From assembly GCF_009914755.1 (NCBI RefSeq), contig NC_060938.1: a DNA stretch of 64,000 bases. One strand, 5' to 3'. This document shows, in pieces, positions 1-14,090 of this stretch (the stretch's first letter is position 1; each line of letters begins with the position of its first letter). Below the pieces are notes generated by a model that had not been told where the DNA came from, did not search any database, and worked only from the letters and a program-made list of their open reading frames with translations. The position numbers were made by a program, and so were the translations under genes. This stretch comes from the human T2T-CHM13v2.0 reference genome, Homo sapiens.

Positions 1-3000
1 AAAATATCTCCATTTGTATTCATTTTAAAGATACAAAATGGTTTAATTGCTTGCATAGGCCATATTCAGGAAAAAGGGTAAAAAAGGCAGATAATGAAGA
101 GTAACACCTTTTTCAAGACACCACTAAAAAATAATTTATATTTCAAGACTTCCATTCTGTTCTTCTTGGAAAGACTGAAAGAAATTCTTTCTTTTATCTG
201 GTTGCCAGACAACCTTTATATTGAGGCTTTCATTTCCCTTTTCAGAAAAGAAATTAAAAAATCTAGCTTTGCGTACCTGGTTAGAAGCAAAAGCTGACTT
301 CAGGTGTCCCTTCGGAAGAACATGAATTACAACTGTCCATCAGTAGTTTGACTGATATTGAAAGAATATAAGGAGAACATTTCAAGATGGCTGATGAAAC
401 TAAAAATGGCTAGCAGAGACTGGAGGCTAGAAGAAGCTACAGAAAGAATTGATAATTAAATTGTGTATTGTATTTAGTGCTTCTTTATTTTGCAAAGATG
501 TCTTCCCAAATAGTGTTTCATCCTCATAGAAGCCTTTTGAGGAAAAAGGAACAGATAGTCCTTTTTACCTGATGAGTGAATTACATCCAAAAGGATAAGC
601 AACTTGCCTTCATTTTCATATCATTTTCATAATAACAGAATAGGTTTAAACTTCTTGTGGGGAATGAATTTAGTGACCTCTGAGATCTCTTCCAATTCAG
701 AGATTCTCTGGAGCTCAGGTTTCCAGCCTCCCCAGCTTGGTGCTTGGCCTCTGGGTAAGCCTCTACAGAAGACAAGGTTATTTTAATCAATCAGCTTCCA
801 CTAGATCAGCAGCCCAAGAAGGGCCAGTACAGAGAAAGATGGGAAGATACACAGGCAGATTAGGAAGTGTCACTCTAAGCACAGAAATCCAGGATTACTT
901 TTGTAGGGGGAAAGGAGAATCACATTTCCCTAGGCTCAAGCCCCTGGGATAATATTTTTTCCTGGGCAACCAGGGCACCTCCACTTAGTTAGGGCTCAGT
1001 GCAATGTTTTAGAAAGAAACAAAAAGAAGCTCAATTGTTGGGACCCTTAAATTAGGATACAACCAAACTCAGCAGAGTAAATTACTTTATTTGGGGTCTC
1101 TATCATGATCCTGCTAGTTGCAGGACTGAAGACCACTTGTCATATTTTAACTTGTTTGTTTATATGTCTATCTTCCCATTAGACTGTAAATCCACCGAGG
1201 GCAAAAACTGATGAAACATTCAGGTAGATTTAAATTAGCAGGGAGAAACCACAACCACTTAAGTTGTAATCTTCCATGCCTGCTTTATTTGTCCAAGAAT
1301 GCCAGAAGCAGCAGGGAAGCCACCTGGAGCTGAATCAGAGGAGCAATTCTCAGCACAGCTTTCCTTGGTGCCCAGAACACCCAGAGAAGCTGGGCATTGT
1401 TGCCCAGGCCTAATCCTTTTATACCCACACTCACATCACTATTCAAGAATACGCACATACGATCCATGCCTTTTATAGGAAATACTTCCAGCTAGCCATC
1501 ATCTTTGTGGTTCTTGAGCCAAACCCAGCATAGGCAAGGCCACATTCAGAGGGAGAAGTTGGATGAGATAGGAGGGCAGAAAGTGGAAGCAAGTACCCAG
1601 CTATTCTTCAACAGTATCTCTGCCTCCCTGTGCTCAGCAGGCTGAGAATTCCAATTCCGTGCCACTTCTTATTCCTGTTTTTCCAGTGTCTATACAATGT
1701 CTATTCCATGTTTTGCACATTCTATGGAATGCTGGGCCAATGGTTTGTACAGTGAGAAATGCACTTTATATGCATTTTCTAAAGGACTACTCCAGTTGAC
1801 TCTTAGCTAAGTTCCCATCTCAGCACAATGCAACACCTTTTTTGCTCCCTTCCACCAACCACTGTGAACTTATCAGTAAGACATTTGCATGTCAGAGGGT
1901 GGAAAATAAATCCAACTTAAGTTCACTTCTACCTCAGTGAAGTGTCTAGGGGTCCAGTGTTATTGGGCCTGCTGAGATATCCCTCCTGAGTGAACAATAA
2001 GTTGTTGCATCTGGCCCCTCCTATAACCAAGAAAGAGGCACAAAGCCTACTAGGCCTATTTGGATTTTGGAGGCAACACATTCCTTCTCTGAGTGTGTTA
2101 CTCTATCCCATTTATGTAGTGATACAAAAAAAAAAAGAGCTGCTAGTTTTGAGTGGAGCCCAGAACAGAAGAAGACTGCAACAGGTTCAGGCTGCTATGC
2201 AAGCTGCTCTGCCACTTTGGCCATATGACCCAGCAAATCCAATAGTGCTCGAGGTGTCAGTGGCAGACAGGGATCTGTCTGGAACCTTTAGCAGGCCCTC
2301 ATGGGTGAATCACAGTGGAGGCCTTCACGATTTTGGAGTAAGGCCCTGCAATCATCCACAGATAACTACTCTCTTTTTGAGATAGCTCTTGGCCTGCTAC
2401 TGGGCCTTAGTAGAAACAGAATGCTTGACTATGAGCCATCAAGTTAACATGTGACCTGAGCTGCCTATCATAAACTAGGTGTTATCTGACCCACCAAGCC
2501 ATAAAGTTGTGCATGCACAGCAGCACTCTGTTATCAAACGGAAACGGTATGTATTTGATCAGGCCCAAGCAGGTCCTGAAGTAAGTTATATGAAGAAGTG
2601 TCTCAAATGCCCATAATTCCTACTCCTGCTTTACTGCCTTCTCTCTCCCAGCCTGCACCTAGGACCTTATGGGTAGTACCTAATGATCAGTTCACAGAAG
2701 AAGAGAGGATCAGGCCTGGTTTACAAATGGTCCTGCATGATATGCAGGCGTCACCCAAAAGTGGACAGCTGCAGCACTACAGTTCCTTTCTGGGACATCC
2801 TTGAAGGACAGTGGTGAAGGGAATTCTTCCTAATGGGCAGAACTTTGGGCAATGCACCTGTTTGTGCACTTTGCTTGAACAGGGGGCACAGAATGGCCAG
2901 ACATGTGATTATATATTGATTCACTGGCTGTAGCCAATGGTTTGGCTGGATGGTCAGGGACTTGGAAGAAACATGATTGGAAAGTTGGTGGCAAAGAAAT

Positions 3001-4128
3001 TTGGGGAAGAGGTATGTAGACAGACCTCTCAAAGTGGGCAAAAGATGTGAAGATATTTGTGTCCCATGTCAATGCTCAACAAAGGGTGACCTCAGCAGAG
3101 GAGGATATTAATAATCAAGTAGACAGGATAACCCATTCTGTGGACACCAGTGAGCCTCTTTCCCAACCACCCCTGTCATCAGCCAATGGGCTCATGAACA
3201 AAGTGGCCATGGTGGCAGGGAGACTATGCATGGGCTCAGCAACATGGACTCCCACTCACCAAGGCTGACCTTGCTACAGGCATCACTGCATGCCTAATCT
3301 GCCAGTAGCAGAGACCAACATGGAGCCCCCAACATGGCACCATTTTCCAGGGTGATCAGCAAACTAACCTAGAGGCAGGTTGATTACACTGGACTACTTC
3401 CATCATGGAAGGGGCAGCATTTTGTCCTTAGTAGAATAAACACTTTGAATATGGATTTTCCTTCCCTGCACACAATGCTTATGCCCAAACTACCACCTGT
3501 GGACTTAAGGAATGCCTTAGCCACCATCATGGCATTACTCACAGCATTGCTCCTGATGAAGGAACACATTTCACACCCAGAGAAGTGTGGTGATGGATTA
3601 TGCTCATGGAATTCACTGATCTTACTGTGTTCCCCATCATCCTGAAGCAGCTGGCTTGATAGAATGGTGGAATGAATGATTTTTGAAGTTGCAGTTACAG
3701 CACCAGCTAGGTGAAAATTCTTTACAGGGCTGGAGCAAGGTTCTCCAGAAGGCTGTATATGCCCTGAATCAGCACTCAATGTATGGTACTGTTTCTCCCC
3801 TAGATAGGAATAAAGGGGTGGAAATGAGAGTGGCACCGGTTACCTTTATTACCCCTAGTAATCCACTAGCAAAATTTTGCTTTTTGTTCCTATAACATCA
3901 TGTTCTGCTAGCCTAGAGGTCTTAGTTCCAGAGAGAAGAATGCTTCTACCAGGAGATATAACAATGATTCCACTGAACTGGAAGTTAAGGCTGCTGCCCA
4001 GTCACTCTGGGTTCCTTGTATCTCTGGGTCAACAAGTTAAGAAGGGAGGTATGGTGTTGATTGGGATAATTGACCTGGACTGCTAAGATGAAATTGGACT
4101 CCTGCTTCACAGTGGAGGTGAGGAATAA

Positions 4129-4829
<701 letters not shown>

Positions 4830-5488
4830 AAGAGTATGTCTGAAATAAAGGAGACCCCTTAGTATTACCATACCCTGTGATTAAGTAAATGGGAAATTCC
4901 AACAATCCAATCCAGGAAGGACTCTGAATGGCCCAGATCCTTCAGGAGTGAACATTTGGGTCACCCAACCAGGTTAAGAACCATGACTAGCTGAAGGGCT
5001 GGTGAAAGCAAAGGGAATATAGAATGGGTAGTATAAGATGGCAGTTATAAATACCACCTATCACCACCTGGCCAGGTACAGAAATGGGAACTGTAATTTT
5101 CGTATTTCCTCCCCACTTGCTAAGAATATGTTTGTGTATATATACACATATATTAAGCAAATATCTTTGTTTTCTTTCCTCTCTTGTTCCTTTATCATGT
5201 AACTTCAGGCTTATTGACTTTATACCAGTATTTAAGTATCGCTCATTTTTGTTTAACAAAATAATTGTGTTATTGTTCATCATGATATCTAACTTATAGA
5301 ATATCAGGAGAAGAGTAAACATCAGTCAAGAACTTTACCTTCTCTTCCAAGGATGGTATTAGTGTGTTCCTGGTTGTGCAAAGGACAGTTGTCTCACTTT
5401 AGGTGGAATTATGACCTTGTTATTGTCTTTGATTGGAAATTATAATTTAACAAGATGCATATAGATGGTAAGTTGATAAGGGGTGGAC

Positions 5489-5999
5489 TATACTTAACCA
5501 TCATTAATTTGAGACTTCAACCTGACCAGATTGAGTGATGCCTGCAGGGCTGGTGAAGCATTGTTTCTAGGTGTGTCTGTGAAGATGTTTCCAGTAGACT
5601 GAAAGAGGAAGACCTGCCCTCAATACGCCAGTTGGCTGGGGGCCTAGCTGGAACAATAAGAAGACAATTGGCTCTCTCTACTCTTTCTCTCCCTTAGGGA
5701 GCAGAATGCTTTTCCTCTTCCTGCCTTTGGACATCCAACTCCAGCTTCTTCAGCTTTTGGACTCTGGAACTTGCAGCAGTGGCCTCTTGAGGGTTCTTGG
5801 GCCTGACTAAGGGCTGTACTGTTGGCTTCCCTGGTTCAGGGGCTTCAGACTTGGACTGAGACATGCTACCAGCTTCTCTAGTTCACCAGTTTGCAGTTGG
5901 CTTATCTGCCTCTATGATTGTGTGAGCCAATTTCCCCTAATAAATCCTCTCCCATATATCCTATTGGTTCTGTCTTTCTGGAAAACCCTGACTAATATA
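5489..5999 (+). mobile_element. MLT2-family (MLT2B/C-like) 3' LTR of the ERVL
   Basis: Follows the PPT; contains gcattgtttctaggtgtgtctgtgaagatgtttccag and AATAAA at ~5939; ends cctattggttctgtctttctggaaaaccctgactaata. Confidence 0.88.
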
Positions 6000-6149
6000 C
6001 ATCTCAACACATTTTTGTTCCTATCCAAACTACACAAATCTGAGCTCTCAAGACATTAAGTAACTTGAATGCTGACCCGGCAAGATAATGCCATAACCTA
6101 TGTCTTCAAGCATTAATTCAATAATCTTCTCTATTGTACCACACAACCC

Positions 6150-7300
6150 TTCTCTTTCTAAAAAACCCACAGTGGTTCACCATGGCTTAGCACATCAAAT
6201 TTAGATGTTTCTGCTCAGTCTTTTCACCCTCCTATCTCTCCATCATTTTTAGCATTGACTAAAGGTTCTCTTTGCTCACCAAGCTCACCTGATGGTCATC
6301 TCTTCATTCTTTCCTTTTTATGGAAAGGCGTAAAAATGTTCTCCTGCCTCTTTCTATGTATTCATGTCTCCTCTCTTTCCGTGGAAACTCAGGTCAGACC
6401 TCACCTCCTCCAGGAAGCCCACCCAAACCAGCACCACTTCACTCATCCCACTCTGACCATTCCCCCACTCAGTATTTCAGCAGTGTTTATATCCTCTTTG
6501 TGTGGTGCCAGGTTTACACTGACAGAGGCATAGTGGGCACTGAATAAAGATTTGTCAAGTGATGAATAAATGAATAAGTGGATTCTGTTCATTCAGTCTC
6601 TGAGCTTTCTCTCAAATGTGTCCTTCATCCCTGTTCTCGCTGTCATGGCCCCAGATAACGATCTCATCATTTCTCCCATGGACCATCAAAATAGCCTCCT
6701 AAGAGCCTCCTCTCCCTTCCACGGTCCCTCAATTCAGACTCCACAGGGCCACCTGAATGAACTTTCTGAAAGAAATCTGATCATGTCTTCTATTCTTCAT
6801 GATTCTCCAATGCCTTTGAGATAAAATCAAAAGCTCTTACCATGACATTCAAGGCTTTTCACAATTAAGTCTCAAACATTCTCCTGTCTCCATTACTTTC
6901 CACTACCAATATATTCATGTTCGAGTTAACTTTTGAAGCACGGGGTGTTTGCTTGCACTTCTGAGCCTTGTTAATGCTGCTCCTTTTGCCTGGGGCATCC
7001 TCCTATCTTCTCTACCTGATGAATTTTTGCTTATGTTTTGGGGCCTTCCACAGATATCATCACAACCTGAAGGTCTACCTTGCCCCTTGCCCAGTCTCAG
7101 AGCTAGCCCTGCCCTCCCCTGGAATTGCCCTGGCTTTAGTCAGCCCACATTGAGCAGAGTGCATGTAACTGCTAGTTGGTCAGTCTTGCTTCTTACTCTG
7201 CAAGCCTCCTGAAAGCAGGACAAAGTGTTCCTGTCTTTTACATGCCCAGGCCCATTCAAGTACTTAGCTCCTAAGATGCCCTCAATGTTGCTGAATCTGT
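6150..7300 (+). mobile_element. Two degraded L2 3' fragments
   Basis: L2 motifs cctcctccaggaagccc, tctgatcatgtc, catgacattcaaggc; a tgaataaatgaataa-type tail at ~6570. Confidence 0.6.
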
Positions 7301-7344
7301 GAACAAAGCATCTTGTTCACACCATGTTAATTTGCATCCACTTG

Positions 7345-7505
7345 GAATCATGTACTTTTAGAACAGAAAGAGATATTAGAAAATATCTTTCCTCACTTGC
7401 TCATTTTGAAAATGAAAAAGCTTTAACCCACAAGAATTTAAGTGACTTGCTCAAGGTTGTAAAGAGTCAGGGAGGGGCACTGAGGCCTGGTCATCTGATT
7501 CATAC
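7345..7505 (-). mobile_element. MIR fragment
   Basis: cattttgaaaatgaaaaagct...ttaagtgacttgctcaaggt, the reverse MIR core. Confidence 0.55.
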
Positions 7506-9014
7506 CATCTTTTGCTTTATCGTCCATAGAAAGTTGTGACAAAAGACACAGTAAGCACCTCAAGGGTTAAAAAAAAAAGAATATCTTCTTTCTTTTGCAT
7601 TGTCCTATACCAGAGGCTGGATACCCTCATTTGAATTCAACAAGTGTGGCTGACTGGATGACATTGACAGACCTGCTGCTCTGCGTTGCAATTGTGCAGT
7701 TGTCTCTCAATATCATTTTGAAGTGCATTGTAGTGAGCCAATTCAGTTGGCTTGAAATTTTAAAAATTCCTCAGATCCCTTGATTTTCTCAAAACTTATC
7801 TCAGGATTGTGTACATTGAAAGAGTTCAGTTAAATAATTATGGACACTGGCTTCGAATACCCAAGATCAAATGACAAAGTTCCTAACTTACGCAGTTAAC
7901 CGAGACAAATATCAACGCCTAGCGCTTCCTTTCAGACTTTTGTCTCACAATATAATGCCAAGGATAATTTGTACTTCTTAGAAGGGAAAAGTCAAAGAAA
8001 GATGATAATAGTGATCATCACAGTAATAGCAGACTGACAGACATGCAAAGGAACTGACACTATCAGTCAATGGGAAAATAGGGCACTCAGATTCTTCTAT
8101 TTTTAAATCTTCCACAACAATCTGACACAAAAGAAAATGCTCCTTTTCGGGGAAAAAAATGGATGCACTCCTGCTGTACTCTTTTGGCTTTGCAAGGCGA
8201 TGTGCCCTTTGAGATCATCACTCCTTCCTGTCTGATGCTGCCATCAGCATCAGTTCACATTCTTCTAAAACAGAGAGTGTGTCTGAAAAGGTTCCAGAAA
8301 TTTGCTTCAAGAAAATACACAACAAGTATTTTTCAATCATTTCCCAAAGAAAGGGAAATGGCCACTTTAGAGAGATTTAGTGGCTTTTAACAGTACATTC
8401 ATGCACTAATGTATGCACAGCCTATAAGCGAGGAGGTTATCTTTATGCCACTGCTAATACACTCCATTTCCACTCCTTTGTCCTGCTTATAGTTAAAACA
8501 GGCTTCAGTAGTCACATTACTGTCATTTTGTGCTATCTGAAAGTTAAATCATAATGAGCTTTGAGATTGTTAGTTGTTTCTCTCTTGTTTCTGCAGAAAT
8601 GCAGGCTTCTTTTTCATTTTGGAGAATGTGAGCCTCCAGGTTTCTATGATTGCCTCTCACGCCTTCTCTCTTCTTTTATTCTCTTCTCTTCTTTGGCTCA
8701 AAAAGCAAACTCATTACCAAACCAAATGTATAAGCCTCCCACACAGAATCTGGGGGAGAAAGACATCCCATTTAATTCAGAGGAGCCATTTCAGAGGCTA
8801 GCCGTGATCCACAATTTCACTGGCTTGTGGGACACATTAAGTGTAACCCAACTGAATACAGGACTGTCTCTTCAGGGACTGCTCTGTCATCTGAACAAAG
8901 TTACTGACTTGGAAAAGCAGCTACTTCTAGGGAGGCCATGAAGTATCCCACTCACCGTTTATAATTTAAAAATTAAAATAAAAATATGGATAATGATAGT
9001 AACACTTACATAAT

Positions 9015-9267
9015 GATAATAACACTTACTAATCTGTGCCAGGCACTTGTCAAAGCACCTTACTCATATTACCTCATTTAATCCTCAAAACAACCATAGG
9101 AAGTTGGTGTTATCATTATCTTTATTTTACAGATGAGGAAAGTGAGGCTCAGAAAAGTTAGTAATCTGCCCAAGATCACACAGTTAACAAGTGGCAGATG
9201 CAGACTAAATTTCAAATACTCCTGGTTCCATTTTTTGTTCTTTACTACCACTATGCTATGCTGCCTC
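9015..9267 (-). mobile_element. MIR, near full length
   Basis: tgtgccaggcac...catttaatcctca...ttttacagatgaggaaagtgaggctcaga...gcccaagatcacacag. Confidence 0.9.
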
Positions 9268-9354
9268 AAATTAAAGGACAAACATGTTAATATTCCTCTT
9301 GCCAAAAGTATCATAGAATATATTTTGAAATGCAGAATCTTAAAACAGATAAAA

Positions 9355-9720
9355 ATAATAAGAGCAAATATTTATTAAGGGCTTACTATGTGCCAAGATG
9401 CATAACTTATAGCAAACTTATAGGTGGATATTATTACTCTTCATTCTTCCAGTGAGGAAACAGGTTACGTATTGTAGCTTGCCCCAAATCACAGAGTTAG
9501 GAATTAAACTCATAGAGCCTGACTCCTAAATCATCTTGGTATACGCTTCCTCTTCATCTTCCTGCCATAAACATGAGGAAAATGAGGCACAGAGAAGTGT
9601 AACATGTTACATAATACAATAACCTGATCTAATTGTTTCCAAAGGTTATTTTCTGAAAGCTCAGTCTAGGTCTCCTGAGTCTCAGTCATGTGCTTTTCTC
9701 ACTGTTTAACTTCTCTACCT
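9355..9720 (-). mobile_element. Further MIR fragments
   Basis: atttattaagggcttactatgtgccaag; gaggaaacagg; atgaggaaaatgaggcacagaga. Confidence 0.65.
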
Positions 9721-10799
9721 ATGTTCTGTATAAGAACATCACCCAATACACACCCACACACAGAAACATGCACAATGTACATTACACTGCAGTCATGCTA
9801 AGTACATGGAGATTTTGCAAACACTGTTCTCTCTGCAGGCAATCCTCTTTTCTAAACTTTATGCTTTGTAAACACCTATACAAAGTTTGAAGTCTTCGTT
9901 TGCTTACCCAGGCAGAATTAGTCGCTGCTTCTTAGGACTCCCATGTTGCTTTATAGTGTTTATCACATTGTATTGCCATTTCTTGTCAGACTATAAATTC
10001 TGGCAAGAACTTTTTCTTAAATTTCTTTTTATTTCTATAGCCTTACCCCACGCCTGCTTCATACTAAAGGTTCAACAACTAAAAGCTGAACTAAATTGAA
10101 CTTCTCTCACACAACCACTGACCCTATTGATCTAGTTCTTTGCTACTCAGAGTGGGAACCAATAGTGGACTCTATGTGACTACAATTTGGGAATTGCTTT
10201 AAATGAATCTCTCTCTGTTTAGTCTTCATTTGCAATAACCTGGAATTTATTTTTCCTTCTCACCAAACAACTGAGATGAACCCTATCAGTCATCTAAAAT
10301 TTCTGGGACTTCACAGAGACACAAAATTTTGCAATCAGGTATTTCTTTAGGCTTGTCCAACATGGAGAGCACGACATTAATGTAACTTCTCTCCTCTCAG
10401 TATAAAACAAAATTTAATGGAAAATCAGAGTTAGATTGAAGAGTATAAAGCAATAAACTAAGAGCTCTTTTTCAACAATTACAATAGAAATATACATACT
10501 GCAAGTTAAAAGTTTAAATTAGCCTTGGAATTCCAAGTAAATTAATACATACATAAAAAATATACAGAGCATATTTCCTTATCAGTTTCCAGACACTGAA
10601 GATGAATAGCAGAAAGAGTTGATAGTGTTTCACATTTAGAGCTGCTAAGGACCTAAAAACATTTTTTAATTAGTTTTTCTTCGCAATTCTGGGTGGCAGG
10701 ACCATATGGCTACCCATTTATTTTTAAAATGAAGAGAATAAGGCACATAGGGTTAAATGATTTGCTGAAATTACTCAAACTGCCACCTTCTGGCAGTAA

Positions 10800-11200
10800 A
10801 AATAGTAGTAATCATTTATATAGGGCTTCCTGTGTGACAGACAAAATGCTATCCATTTATATGAATTATCTCAGTCCACATTGGCACCATGAGGTAGATG
10901 CTATCCTATTTTCTCAATTGTAATATGCTAATGTTTTTAACATTTTAACATCTCTAATATTGGTGAATTTTACAATCAATGTCATGTTATAGTTTAATTG
11001 GCAGCATTTTTTTCTTCCTTAGTTGTACATAAAATAATGATGGCACTCCAGATTCAAGGAAATACAATATAAACCACATTTTTGCAGGTGAGGAAAGTGC
11101 AGCTTGACAAAGTAAAGTACCTGTCCAAGGTCATACATTTGGTGAGTGTAAGAGCCCTGGGATTTGAACTCAGGTAGTTGAAGCCCACACAGTTAACTAT
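10800..11200 (-). mobile_element. MIR interrupted by a DNA transposon
   Basis: One part ends gaggtagatgcta (~10903); the core resumes catttttgcaggtgaggaaagtgc...ccaaggtcatac...ggatttgaactcagg. Confidence 0.75.
10904..11067. mobile_element. MER104-like non-autonomous TcMar DNA transposon
   Basis: cattttaacatctct...tagtttaattggcagcatttttttcttccttagttgtacataaaataatg...gattcaaggaaatac; flanked by TA dinucleotides. Confidence 0.7.
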
Positions 11201-11296
11201 CTGCAAACCACGTTCCACAGGTATTCCCACTCACAGCATGTGAGTTGCCATTGTGGTAATCAATGGTCTATGCTGGCCCTAGAAAGCAGCAGTCTC

Positions 11297-11605
<309 letters not shown>

Positions 11606-12482
11606 TTAATTGTCAGTGTCACTGGGAAGAGTGATGAATAATGAATGAATGAAAAAAAGAGTTTCTCTTAACAGGTGGCCTTTGACATCTTTGGGTCTCC
11701 CGCAGTAATAGAAAGCATCCGCAAGTAGGAGAGGCATATGGACAGTGCTTGTTGCTTAGCCTTAGGTTGGGTGACAATGTCTTCCAGAAGGTACCATGAA
11801 GTCACACCCTCACTTTCACCCCCCAACTCTGCATGTCCCTCTTGCAAAGGGGGCCAAGCAAGAATCCACCTCTGATTAGATCATCACCTTCTGTGAAAGG
11901 ACTCCATTTCCTAACATAGAGTAGACTTATCTCTAAACTGTGAAAACCCTTCTCAGACCACAACAAAGTTTCCATTATTGGTTGTCTTAGAAAACAAACT
12001 TGTCAAGGCCTAAGCATATGGCAATAAGAAAATGGATATGTATTTTTCTATTAACAGGAGTCAGAATGCAGTTGTATATAGGAATTGGAATGTGTTAGCT
12101 GCTAGGAGAGAGAAGCCATTGATTCCTGCAGCAGTGTGACTAATTAGGTTTTCTTTTGTGAAGGAATTAGTTTGTATTGATTCATTTATGTCTGATGTAA
12201 CTCAGCAGTTCTCCCCCTGCCAGGGAAGCCTGCCCAGACTGGTAAGTGATAAGAAGCTGGCAGAGCAGCTCAGCCGGTTCAGTGGGGCTATGCGAACTTC
12301 TTGGCTGAGTAAGTGTGCAGGGCCAGGATGACCACATCACCCTGACTGGTCTCCTTTCCCTGATCAAACATAGGCCAACCATATGAACCATCTCTGCTGG
12401 CTGGATACAGAAAGGGCTTCATCATCCCAGTGACCACCACCCTACCCTTGGGGCAGTTATGATTTCACATAAGTAAGGATCC

Positions 12483-12940
12483 ATATTGATTAAGATTCTA
12501 TGGTTGCAAACAACAGACTCTGTCTCTAGCTAATTTGAACAATAAAAAGTACATTTTGGGAAGGACACAGGGCAGTTCACAAATATTAAAGAAAAGTTGA
12601 ACTTTAGACCTTCCAGCAGCCAGAAATAAGGGCAGCTTGGGCAGTCTCAATAGCAGAACTACTGGACAGTCAGTTCAGGTTACTCCTCCAAACACTCTCC
12701 ATCCTTGGGTCAATCTGCTTGAGATTTAAATTCCTGAAGAGAGTATCTGATTGCCCTTGGGGGGTGTGTTTGTGTGTGTGTGTGTGCACGTGCACACGTG
12801 CACGTGTGTATGCATCAAGAAAGGACATAATAATTCAATAGGAAGTCTCACCAAGAGTTGCTTGCAATGTGGGAAGAGTAGTTGTTACTAGCAGGAGGGA
12901 AGGATTCAAGGCAGACAAAAACAGTAGACATTCACTATAG
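12483..12940 (-). mobile_element. Old MLT1-type MaLR LTR
   Basis: Begins ttaagattctatggttgcaaacaacaga; aaattcctgaagagagtatctgattg motif; ends gacattcactata. Highly diverged. Confidence 0.5.
12771..12815. repeat. 45-bp perfectly alternating purine-pyrimidine tract, (TG)n with CACGTG units
   Basis: Read directly from the sequence. Confidence 0.9.
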
Positions 12941-13899
12941 AGTCCCAAACCAAGAGTTCTACAACAGGAGTAGGAGGGCAGAGCGTGTTCCTTTCCAGGA
13001 GCTACACCTGGGAAGTTCCTGGGTTCTGGAGGCTATTCAACACTGGAAGAGAATCCATGTGAGCAAATGAGTACTCAGGAATGGGAGAGACTCGGAAATC
13101 AGACACACAGAGTAGAATTGGAAGACAAAAAGACTGGACAGCAAGACAAAATTTCACCTTAGCCAGAATCATCTTAAATATTTCTTGCTGTTGCAGCAGC
13201 CTATCCACAACCTGATTCAGCCAGCCTTGTAACTCCAGAGAAAGAGAAAGTGGGATGTGAGCTGTGTAGGAGTTAGATAATGGAAAATAATAGCAAGTCT
13301 TGCCAATGACAAGAAAGAGAAAGCTAAAACAATTAGCTCTGCCACTGGAGAGCAGGTGGGCCCATGGCCAAACAGGGCAGGAAGTATCCTTGTGAGCCTC
13401 TGTTTGTGCACCAGTGCATGTGCACACAGCACACACACACACACACGTGCCACCCTGGGGTAACACCAGAGAATAGATGCTATTATCTTCAGTTTCTCCC
13501 TACCTCATTTCAAGGATTTAGTCCTTGACTTTCAAATTCTCCTCCCCCACAATTCTTTTAAACATTCACGAACTGATTCACTTGTATTGTGCTTTTGCAT
13601 TTTGAGACCTATTATCTTTTGTTCCAACTGTGTAATAAGTTTTTTTGCCAAAACACAGTGAAAGGAGCATTTCATTTGTTGTCAGGAGATTTGGGTTTAT
13701 CAAATCTAGGCTGGACATTCACCTCTGGGCTGGTCCCCTTCTCACTATTCACTACTGCAGTGTGACATGCATGGTAAGGAGCTGATGTTCATTCATCACT
13801 CCATCTCCTTGGCCATTCCCCTCCCCTAGGCCCAGTACTCTTCCCAAGATGCTCTTCCTTATAGCTGAATTGCACTTATCTTTCAGGTCCAGCCCAAGT

Positions 13900-14090
13900 G
13901 AAAGCAGTGTGGCATAGAGGAAAGTTGCCTTAGTTCAAATCAAAAGCCCTGGACAAATTATTTCTCTGAGTCTCTGTTTCATTATCTGTAAAACAGAGAT
14001 AATCATACCTCCCTTTCAAAAAAAAAAATCTGTGAAACAGTTGATGTAGAAAGAAATGCCCACAGTAGGCACCTGATAGCCATTATCATT
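13900..14090 (+). mobile_element. MIR, internally deleted
   Basis: gcagtgtggcatagagg...ctctgagtctctgtttcattatctgtaaaacagagataatcatacc. Confidence 0.65.

Noticed and set aside
1990-4086. ERVL pol/dUTPase ORFs as a domesticated gene
   Set aside because: Multiple stops and frameshifts plus an LTR insertion; no domain is intact.
13158-13232. 75-nt minus-strand open segment LQGWLNQVVDRLLQQQEIFKMILAK as a coding exon
   Set aside because: Needs a rare GAG acceptor and a weak GTGAAA donor; no recognisable homologue or partner exons.
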